Below, one piece after another: positions 39,401 through 50,834 of a DNA stretch of 64,000 nt. How positions within the stretch are numbered: the first letter of the stretch is position 1; each line of letters starts with the position of its first letter. The position numbers and the translations under genes are program-made. A model generated the notes under the pieces. It searched no databases, was not told the origin of the DNA, and saw only the letters and a list, made by a program, of their open reading frames with translations. This stretch comes from Lingula anatina (taxonomy: Eukaryota; Animalia; Brachiopoda): contig CM120649.1 of assembly GCA_051362555.1 (NCBI GenBank), positions 7,130,001-7,194,000 on the forward strand. Direction: 5' to 3'.

Positions 39401-41774
39401 TATACAATCCCAATATTGAATGACAGAATTTTATGTAGGGCTAGCATTTTAATGCTGTCCCCCCACCAAAATGCTGGCCCCCAATTAAAATGCCACAGAC
39501 TGTTTTAAACCAAATTGGACTTGCTTGGCAACCATTTCTGAATCACTGGGAATTGCTGTGGTACTGATGATAATTTTGCAGACTGCACCTGCATATAAAC
39601 ATACCTCTCCTTTTTTTACTATTGTGTCAAGGCCATTTTGAACAGCAATATCTCTGACAACTAGTGTGGGTAATTCGCCTATAGGAAACACCGTTTTCTG
39701 CAATGCTCTCTGGGAGACTTGTGACAAGGAATATGTTTGGTCTTTCAATTGCTCAGAGGCTCTCAGTAGTTTCACACCTGTAATAAAAAATGTGTCATCA
39801 ACTTTCTCGTTACATTAGTTGCATTATTTATTTTATCAAATTCTAAAAAGATTATGTTGGAGTGAGCATATTTCCTGTACACTTTGTTTAATAATGATAT
39901 GGCTTGGGTAAAACATAACAAAAATCCCATTATTCAAACTTCTTAACTTTTCCTAAATATTGATGTTTCAAAATAAAAATATTCATCATGTGCTCTTTTA
40001 AGAAACCTTCTTAACAAAATTTTTTTGGAAATTCAGATAAATATACAAGGCACAAGTTGCAACTGGAGGACATTCATTTACATTAAGACATCATGGATCA
40101 CATTTTGAGAAAACTTAAGTAGCTCGAAACCAAAACTTAACCTCTTGCTGGATCAACATTATTCCTGATTATATCCTGTGTTAGCCTGGCACCATGTCCT
40201 GTGGCAAAACCATGAGCTTTTATGTCATTTAACACATGGGATATAAGAGTTCCGAAGGTTATATGCTTATTACACACAGCATCCAGGCTGGTGAGACCAA
40301 GGTTTTGATTGCCTTTAGTTGTCTCTCTGTAAAATACAAAGCAAAAGCAAAATTAAATTTCAATTTTGAATGTAGGTAGTAATTATATCGAAATATTTCC
40401 TATTTTTGTCAAATATGAACTGCCTTGGAAGCTACTTTCAGAATGATGAGGTTGTAATGGAGGTGAAAGAGAACCACTCACCTCGTTACCTTGAGAACAA
40501 GTCAGTAACTGATTATCCGTGATGTAAACAGAGTAATACGCACATACTAAATATTATGCTTTTTTAAGTTTACAATGTAACTCGTGATTATTCATGTTTA
40601 AACTAGGAAATGACAAGCATTCTGCATGAATAAATGTGGCAAAAAAAATTGAGAAAGTAACTGGAACCCCCCCCCTCCCCGCAATGGCACTACCAAAGCA
40701 ACTCTTTGATTAGAAAATTTTCAGATTACAATATTCTTTTATGATAACAAATATGAAATAAATTTATGCTACTATCTTTTTAAAGGGCCACAGATAATTT
40801 TTCAAAGGATATTCACAGATATCTTGATCTCTGGCTAATTCTGAAGATTTCTGTAGTATCCAGTAATAATTTTGGCACAGACATATACAACTTCATCTCC
40901 TGGAGGCCTCTGGTGGAGAGGACATTTTTGGATGAAGTGCACTCAGTTAAGACTGGGTTCCCATGCCTAGATTGATCCATCTGGCTCAGTCTAACTCCCT
41001 GGGGAGTCTCACTAAATTGCTATCAACTTAACCGACTTAAATGTCTGTCACGCCTACCAAATCAGCTAGGGGGTAAAGATAATTACCCTCAAACAGCCTA
41101 ATTATTAGGCGTGACAGACATTTAATCTGGTTAAGTTGATAGCAATTTAGTAAGACTCCCCACGGAGATAAATCAATCCAAATATCTGTGGGAATGGTCC
41201 CTAAGATTATACTGTCAATGTTCAACGCAATTGAACTCCTTTCAAAGCTGACCTGAACACTTTGTCCCAATATTCTTTTGTCAGGTGCACTTCCTGCAGA
41301 GGTATTCCCAGCTGTTTGCAGACAAGGTGGGCATTTTCTGCTGCTTCTTCATTTTTGTCTTTAGACTCCCCACTTGGGTCGTCACTGACCAAGTGAACTC
41401 CACTGACTGTGAATCCTGAAAAATCCATACTAGTACAAGTTTTATCATACATCAAATCAATTTTTGTAAAATATTCATTTTGATATCCTGCATCTACAGT
41501 GTAGATGAGTGATGGAATTGTTAAAATTACAATACTAGAAAAGAAATATTTTAATAGATAGGATTTTCCAGAGTTTCTGTGTTTGTGACTATCAGCTTCT
41601 AAGTTCCACTTCGGCCGGTGCGAAAACGCAAATTATGTAACGTGTACCCGCATTTCTTTCAAGGCCAACGCAAACGTCCAACTTCTCACCTTTACTTTTC
41701 AATAAAAAAGCCGCAACAGCACTGTCCACTCCTCCTGACAAAGCACAAACTATATGCTTTGTTGATCTCAACAT
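36476..41774 (-). CDS. TRMU: Mitochondrial tRNA 2-thiouridylase TRMU/MTU1 (MnmA family), divergent, ~411 aa
   Basis: Exons 41774-41690, 41415-41253, 40326-40142, 39777-39605, 38904-38851, 38291-38225, 37385-37273, 36871-36476, all GT-AG, 1236 nt in frame. Motifs SGGVDS, DAVCNKHI, ATGH, KDQTY, DHPAL and PGQHVAFYKGEECLGS. Confidence 0.88.
37927..38065. repeat. Minisatellite, 31-bp unit x ~4.5
   Basis: gtgttagaggctatcaaggacagtgtgttag repeated in tandem within a TRMU intron. Confidence 0.9.
40951..41201. mobile_element. Tourist/Harbinger-type palindromic MITE in TRMU intron 2
   Basis: TAA TSD (40948-50, 41202-04). Long inverted arms ggggagtctcactaaattgctatcaacttaacc / ggttaagttgatagcaatttagtaagactcccc. 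Same family as 27280-27493. Confidence 0.8.
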
Positions 41775-41979
41775 TTCCCACGTAAATATGTTTTAAAGCG
41801 TTAACAGACTAACATTGTCTACCCTTCTGTTATGTCACAGCATGGAGAAGTAGGTCAGCTGGTGTTATGAAAGTAAACCGGAATTGATGATTTTTTGTAT
41901 GTGGAGTTCTGAAATTGTTAAAGGATGTGACGTCAGATCTGCGCAACACATTACTGCGCATGTAAACATTTATAACAGG
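41775..41979. promoter_or_regulatory. Bidirectional promoter shared by TRMU and SUCLA2
   Basis: Only 205 bp separate the divergent ATGs. Contains a full CRE TGACGTCA (41928-41935), NRF1-like TGCGCA motifs (~41940, ~41955) and an ETS-like CCGGAA (41878). Confidence 0.65.
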
Positions 41980-44900
41980 ATGGCGTCTATCTTGGCAAGA
42001 GGTGGGACATTTTTGCGTGGGACAGCTATTCGACAATGTCAAAAGGTAATTTAAGCTGTCAGTTGATAGATGACTCCTAGTGCCCTATGAATGTCAAAGA
42101 ATTCGATTTTTAAAATAATTTTAAAATATTTTATTTTGAATTTATATACTGTGCTATGTACGTCCGTTCGCTCTCCTTGACATTTCAACTTATTTGCAAT
42201 AAGCCGAGTTATTTCGAAATATCTTATTTTTCCCGTGTTTTTTATACTGTGAAAAATCAAATTATATACGCAGTGATAAAACTATTACAGATCGGAAGGT
42301 CTGTTTTTTTTTTTAATTTGAAATTTAACTTTGTTAGATTTGCTAAATAATTTTCTTTTGAAACGTATTTTGATAAATATATCAAGTGTGGAACCTTTAA
42401 GCACGCATTTGGGGCCGCGCATTTGTGTGCATTTGGCATTTTTTCAAGGTCAGAACATCACGATGTAAACTGCGTCTAGGTTTTCTCAGCTCAGTTATTT
42501 GCTATTTGACCAAGATTGCAACACTTTTCACTTTTGAGTGAAATTATTTGACAAGTTATTGAAGTAATAATGCAGTTAACAAAAAGTTTTGTTGTGTACC
42601 CTCATAAAATTTGTACATATGTAGCCATTATGCTTTCTGTCAGAATGAAGTACTCACAAATATCACATGGGGTTTCTGATTATGCAACATAACCTCCAGT
42701 TAGCTTCTTGTAAGTTGATCAGCATTCTCATTCAGGAAGTGATTTTTATGTACAGACACAGATGTGTCTGTACATATAGCCATCATCTGCGTCTGTCGTC
42801 GCCGTCGTCGCCGTCGTGCACTTTTACCGATAACACGATAAGTGGAAAACCATTTTGCCTTTTGATTTGAAACTTGCAGAACTGATGAAAATTCATAATA
42901 CGCAGGTCAAGTTCGAAAATCAGCATGATCGGGTCACTCTTAGGGAATTTATGCTGTTTTTTCACTTTTTTCAACATATATGCAGCACCGATAACACGAT
43001 AAGTAGAAAACCATTTTACCTTTTGACTTGAAACTTACAGAACTGATGAATATTCATAATACGCAGGTCAAGTTCGAAAATCAGCATGATTGGGCTATTT
43101 TGAGGGAATTTATGCTGTTTTTTCACTATTTTCAATATAAATGCAACACTGATAACACAATATAAGAAAAACGGATTGGCCAATTGTAATTATACTCACA
43201 GGAGTGGTCAATCTTACTAAAACGCAGGTTGAGTTCGAAAATCAGCATAATCAGGCCATTATTTTAGAAGTTATACTGTTTTTTTCACATTTCCTCAGAT
43301 TCAATTCTTAAGCATGTTAACAGTCTCATTATTTAACTAATAAGATGCCTAAAAGTGTTTGTTTGATATTTCCTGTATCTTTACAACATTGTTAGTTGAT
43401 TATGTAAAAAACATGGTAAACTTGTTATCATGTATTGTGTAATAAAGTGTCAAAAATGGAAATAAACTCATATCATTGCAGTTTGTCAGATTCAATCATC
43501 CACTATGTTCAGAATCTCAGAATGGAGGAAATTGGACATTTAACACTGTTCTATTGGTACTTTTCCCATTTCATCAATTTTTTTAGTTGGTCATATAAAA
43601 ATGGCAGTAAAATGTTTATTTTGTTTTATGTTAAAAAAGTGTTAAAAATGGAAATAAACCCATTTCAGAACAGTGCTGTCTTGTTCAGCATATATGCAAC
43701 ACCGTAAACACGATAAGTGAAAAACTGTATTACATTTTGGCTTGAAACTTACAGTACTGATGAATATTCATAATACGCCGGTTAAGTTCGAAAATCAGCA
43801 TGATCGGGTAATTTTTAGGGAAGGTATGCTTTTTTTTCACTTTTTTCAGCATATATGCAACACCGTAAACACGATAAGTGAAAAACTGTATTACATTTTG
43901 GTTTGAAACTTACAGAACTGATGAATTTTCATAATTCGCCGGTCAAGTTCGAAAATCAGCATGATCGGGTAATTTTTAGGGAAGTTATGCTTTTTTTTCA
44001 CTTTTTTCAGCATATATGCAACACCGTAAACACAATGTAAGAAAAACAGATTGGCCAATTGTCATTGTACTCACAGGAGTGGTCAATCTTGCTAAAATGC
44101 AGGTTGAGTTAAAAAATCAGTATAATCGGGCCATTATTTTAGGAGTTATGCTGTTTTTTCACAATTCCACAGATTCAATTCTTAGGCATGTTAACAGTCT
44201 CATAATTGAACTAATAAGAAATGTAAAAGTGTTTGTTTGATATTTCCTGCATCTTTACAACATTTTTAGCTGATTATGTAAAAATGATGGTAAACTTATT
44301 ATCGTGTATTGTGTAATAAAGTGTCAAAAATGGAAATAAACTCATATCATTGCAGTTTGTCAGATGCATTCATCCACTATGTTCAGAATCTCAGAATGGA
44401 GGAAGTGGGACATTTAACACTGTTCTATTGATACTTTTCCCATCTCATCAATTTTCTTCATTGGTCATATAAAAATGGCAGTAAACTGTTTATTTTGTTT
44501 TATGTTAAAATAGTGTTAAAAATGGAAATAAACCCATTTCAGAACAGTGCTGTCTTGTTTACATTTTGGCATTTTCAATATGTGACTTAAAAGTTCCATG
44601 GGCCTGAAGACTTTTGCTAGTCACATTTTCTGAATAACCATGATACTAATATTTTATAATTAAAAATTGATGGTCATTATGCTGCAAAACATTATGTAAT
44701 GTTGCATCAAAATTTGAAGAAACCCCCATTTTGGGCACTGCTCCCATGATGACCATTTAAGGAAAATCATGTCAATTACTGTTCTCAAACTTACAGGAAA
44801 GAAACATGGGTCTAAAATACAGCTTCAGTAGACAATGCAGTCTGTTTGGTAAATTTTTCTGGCAATTAAACAGTTTTCTGTGAAAATTTAATTTTTTACT

Positions 44901-47900
44901 TATTGGCATTTCCAAGGTGTGACTTAGAACCTCCATGGGCTTGAAGACCCATGCTAGTCACATTTTCTTAAAATCCATGACAGGTATAATTTATTATGAA
45001 AAATGGATGGTCATTATGCTGTAAAACATTATGTAATATTGCATCAAAATTTGAAGAAACCCCTATTTTGGGCACTGCTCCCATGATGACCATTTAAGGA
45101 AAGTCATGTCACTTACTGTTCTCAAACTTACAGGAAAGAAACATGGGACTAAAATACAGCTTCAGTAGGCAATGCAGTCTGTTTGGTAAATTTTTCTGGT
45201 AGTTAAGCAGTTTTTTTGTGAAAATGTAATTTTTCACATATTGGCATTTTCAATGTATGACTTAGAACCTCCACGGGCTTGAAGACCCATGCTTGTCACA
45301 TTTTTTGAAAATTCATGACACTTATATTTTATTATTAAAAATCGATGGTCATTATGCCGTTAAGCGTTATGTAATGTTGCATCAAAATAGAAGAAAACAC
45401 AATTTTGGGTGCTGCTGCCTTGATGACCATTATGGGAAAACTGTGTTACTTATGACTGTCAAACTTTCAAAAAAGAAACACAGGACTAAAATGCAGCCTG
45501 AGTTGGAAAAGCAGTCTAATTGGCTTCTTTTTCTGGAAGCTATACATTTTAGTGTAATATTCATTATCTTTTTGGCATATTCATTGTGGGACTCAGAGCT
45601 CCCATGGACATGAAGCCGAATGGTTATCATATTTTCTACATGTCCATCCTATTTATAGTCAATAAACAAAAATTGGTGATAATTATTCTCTAATTTATTA
45701 TGTAATGTTACATCAAAATTGACAACAATCTTTTTGCACTGCTACTGCAAACATTATGAAAAGAAAACTGTGCTACTTATTATCATTTTTAACTTACAAG
45801 TACGATTTTTAGGATTGGCCTTCAGCTCATATGAGAAAACCAGCTCTATTGGATTATCATTTTTATTGAATTTATGCATTTTTTGTGAAATTTTCATTTT
45901 TCTCATTCTGGCACTTTCTAAGTATAAACTTGAACTCCGATGGGCCTGAAGCCTTATGCTTTTAATTTCGTCTGTGTTACCTGTTGTGCATAAGTTGATG
46001 TTGACTGTGCAGTTAAACATAATGTATTATTGCATCAGGATTGGTAGTCTCCTATTTTGGGCATTATGGTTTTGTGCTTTTCTTAAAGTGTGACTTATGG
46101 GCCGAAAGACCTTTGAGTGGGTTAGTCTGTAAATTACCCTTGGGTATCACTAGATTAATTTCAGAGTTATAAAGTCATTTGCCTTAATAGGCCATTAAAT
46201 GAGATTACATAAAGCACACTTGTTGATATTTCCCTGTAAACTCCCAAAGGTAAAGCTCTCTGCTAGATTAATAATAAGGAAGCAGTGATAATTATGCAGG
46301 TAAATTTTGTTTAATATTGCAAATAAGTTTTAAATAATATATATATATATATATATATATCAAACTGGAAGATTAAAAGTTTGAATAGCATCTTCATTGG
46401 AATTATATTTACCTCAAGCTCTGCCAAGGAGGTCATATTTTCACCCCCGTTTGTCTGTCATCCACATCACACAAAAAGTTATGGACTGATTTTGCAGAAA
46501 TTTTCAGGAACTGTCGGAGGTGGGCCAAAGAGGACAATGATTAATTTTTTGTGGTGGTCTGGAACAATAATCAATCAATTATCAATAATAATCAACAATT
46601 GCTGACTTGGCAGTGGTCTGCACTCTCAAAGTGCTTTTCTAGCTTTGTTATGTTTTCCTTTATAATTTTTTCTCAAACACTTGCATTTGTGACTTTTAAC
46701 TCTCATCTGCCTGGGGCTCTGCACATTTTCTGTATTTCCACATAAGCAGTTGTATTGTTTTTTATGTCTTTAAACATTATGTAATATTATTTTATGCACT
46801 GTCATCATTTTTCAAATATTGAGAGTTTCATAGTGTGAATTTGAACTCTCATGGTCCTGAAACTGTAATTTTATTGAAGGGGTGGACCATCTTCTGGGTC
46901 TTCCTGAAGACAGTCAGGTTATTAAGTTTATATTGACTGGTATCTATTTTTTTCTGTTGGAAGACCATCAAAATGGAGGATGGATCAACATAGATACTTT
47001 GTAATACTGTCAGAAAATATCTCTGGGTCCGCTCCTGTTATTGACCATGTTACCTGTTGTGCAAGATTAAAATTCAGTGTTGACTGACAATGCTATTATA
47101 AGCATTATTTATTATTGCATCAAAATTGACAAAATGACCTGTTTTGCATCTTTATTTTCTGTTTTTTGTCTGTACATTTGACAGCTTTGCTGCCTTGTTT
47201 ATGTTTAAACCATTTGTAATTAGATAATTTAGTCCTAAATGACTGGCCAGTCAATATTTAGAACCCCTTGTTTTTCTGTACATTTCAGAAGGATATATCA
47301 ACATCTGATATTTTCTTTAATTGTTCTTTTAGAAATGAATTGGCCAATATTAGTAACTAAGCAGAATATACCTAGACAAAGAAAATCTGACTTGGGGACA
47401 TTTTAAGACAAAGGATAACATACTTTTTAATGATTTGAAGCATTAAGAAAAAGTTTTATTCACTAACTTGAGTCTGACAAGCAGGTTTAACCTGGGAGCT
47501 TGGTCATTGCAGATATTGGGAGTGACCCCCAGCTTGGATGGCCACCAGCAGTCGAGACATCTTTCCATCCATGAACACCAGAGCATGACCTTTCTGCTAA
47601 ATCAAGGAATCAGTGTCCCAAAGTTCAAAGTAGCCAAAAATGGCGAAGAAGTATATGCAATAGCTAAAGAGCTAGGTATGCTATCATTTGAGCAGCACAT
47701 TTAATTTTGATTTAGGAGTTTGAAGTTAAGCTATTTTGTCCAGATCAAACCTGAAACAGTGAACAGAAATTGAATGCAGTTTTTAAATTTTTACTGGTTC
47801 AGCTTTAGTTTTACTAGCACTTGGCTTGGAGCCAGTAGTAAAGTGGTTAAATAATCTCTTGGGACATTTCCAGGAGAGACCACAGACAGCACAGATGTGG

Positions 47901-50795
47901 TGGTCAAAGCCCAGGTGCTGGCTGGTGGACGAGGCAAGGGAGTCTTTGACAGTGGACTCAAGGGAGGGGTCAAGATTGTTTTCTCGTAAGTTTTTTTTCT
48001 CTTGATTTATATTAGGGGCGGTTGGAGGCCGTCTTGTGGGTCTTCTGGAAGAGGGTCAGAATTTTTCAAGTTTACATTGACTCGCATCTTATTTTTTCTG
48101 TTGGAAGATGGTGAAAAATAATGGAATATGGATCAACAAAGATAATATTTGGAAGACTGTCAGAATATATCTCGATTTGCCCCCTGCATATATGCCATAT
48201 ATGGAAGTTGACATGGATATAAACTTTTATAAGAAAATAGAAAAGTTAGATTTTTAAAAATTGTTTCAAAACACTGCATAGATCTAGATGACAAGATATT
48301 TCCACATCATTGCAGTTTATGTTTGTTAGAGTACAAGAAATGTTTGGCATCTGACACATGAGAGGATTTAAGCACCCATAGTGGGTAAATATGGTATGCC
48401 AGATAAAGATAAAATCATGATTAATGGTAATAATGTTTATTATTATAATTATGGATCTTTCTTTTCTGAATAGAGCTGAGGAGGCTAGAGACCTAGCCTG
48501 CAAGATGATAAACCACAACATAGTCACTAAACAGACAGGAGAGGCAGGTCGGCCCTGCAAGGAAGTCATGGTTTGTGAGAGGTTATATTCTAGGAGAGAA
48601 TGCTACCTGGCCATCACAACGGACAGAGCTTATGGGGTGAGTGAGAATTAGCTTTGGGGGAAGGAAGACATATGCAGCTCTTGGGGGAAGGGTAATAAAT
48701 GGCACATACGTAATATATGTGAGGTTTGGTATCAAGGTGATCAAGATGTTGCTTATGGGGCATAGATAATTCATAGCTTGAGGATACTTAAGACAGAGCT
48801 TATGAGATAGTAGTGTATGGGGTAAGTAAGAAAAATAAGGATAAGAGAAGTAAATTTCAGTGCTTAATCTCTACTGATAATGAATACAAAACATTTACAG
48901 TGTCATTTCTTACCAGATATAGCTCACTTGAGGTTTTATAATTTAGCTATTTACTGAGGGTGGTGATAGTGTAGGGTAAAAAAAATATGTCAGTTTATTA
49001 TTAATTTATTTCATTGATTTGATCTATGTTCTGTATCTAGGGACCAGTGATAGTAGCCAGTGCTGAGGGCGGTATAGATATAGAAGAATATGCCAGGGAA
49101 CATCCACAGGGAATTATTAAAGGTACTTATGAACTGAGCATGGTGGAGGGTGGATTCTCCCAAATGCATATAAATCACTAGCACTAGTTTCTTATTTGAC
49201 TCAATAAATTCAACATGCCAAGGGATAAACTAAATAAATCACTCGATCAACAACTGTAAAAGAGCTTTTAACTGCTCCTGTCTTGAAATTTTTCATCAGA
49301 AATTTAACCTACTTATCTGACGTTCTTATCTGCCCCATTTATATACAGCATAGAAAGCTAGCTGAAAAATCTGTTCAAATATAATTTTTCATTAAAATTA
49401 AATGGTGTCTTTTAGTAATTCTCTTAGTTATACTATTTGCTGGCATATAGTTTCAAATAGTAAGCATTTGGTCAGCTTTTGTGACGAAAATTTGACTTCA
49501 TGTGCATCTTTAAAGAACCCATTGACATCACTACTGGAATCCGGAAAGAACAGGCTCTCTCTGTAGCAGGACAGCTAGGATTTTCAGAAGGAAGGAAAGA
49601 AGAGGTAAATACTGGATTTTTTTTGCTGCATACTGAGTGTATTTATATTAGTCTCTCTATTGTTGGGTGATTGAAGTAAGATTATACATATTTGTTTATA
49701 TCAATGTTTTTTCAATTTGGTTATCAAAGAGGGAACACTTATCCTGAGCTTCAACAACATTCTTTGCAAATAATGTTTACTGTATATTTGGAAGTATGAA
49801 GTCTTTAATTAATTAAGTAAATGATTCAAGCCTCTTTTGTTCACAAAAGTGATGTTTTGATTTGTAGTTATAAAGTAGATGATAAATGTTTTCTATTCTT
49901 AGTATTCTTAGAAGTACTTTAAAAATATATGAAATGTTCTGGCAAGGCTAGCAGTGAAATAGCAAAGATCTCCCTAATTCTCTTCCAGGCAGCAGATTAT
50001 ATAATGAAATTGTACCACATGTTTTTGGACCTAGATGCCTCTCTTATAGAAATTAACCCTTTAGCTGAAGATATAAAAGGCAAAGGTTAGTGCATATTAT
50101 GTTAATTTTACAACAGTTACTTAATTGAGTGATTTAACACATGCAGTTTTCAACCTCTTTTTAGTTTTTATATGTTTGCTAAAATCTATTGAAACCTACT
50201 GGTTTGATTCATAGGCAATGTTTAGAACATTTTATTCAAATTTAAACCAATTTCTGAAAAATAAAATTACTTTAGTGAGTAGCACTTAAGGTGTTTAAAA
50301 AGTTTCAGACATTCAACTTGTGCTGTAGTAGAGATGATCCTAATTCAGTTTAAATTCTTTGGTATGTTTTGATTGACCAAAAAGTTTGACTTCAGAGTAC
50401 TTTTGTGAAACAAAGCCGTGCATTCATCCATTAATTCCTCTTTCATATTCAGTCTACTGTATGGACTGCAAGATCAACTTTGACGACAACGCCAAATTTA
50501 GACAACAAGAGCTTTTTGAACTGCAGGATTGGTCTCAGGAGGATGAGAGGGATTACAAAGCTCATCTGGCTGATCTCACTTACATTGGCCTGGACGGGGA
50601 TATTGGTTGCCTGGGTAGGTTGTCATTTTAATAGCAAAAAATGAAATTAGGATTAGTCAGCATTTAAAATTTTGATAAATTTTTAAGTCAGTTTAGATGT
50701 GGCTGAATGTAGTCAAAATAATTTGGTATTTTTCTTGAATTTGAGGTCTTATTTTGAAGTGGAGTGTGACCAGTATGGATTCTCACAATAATAAT

Positions 50796-50834
<39 letters not shown>

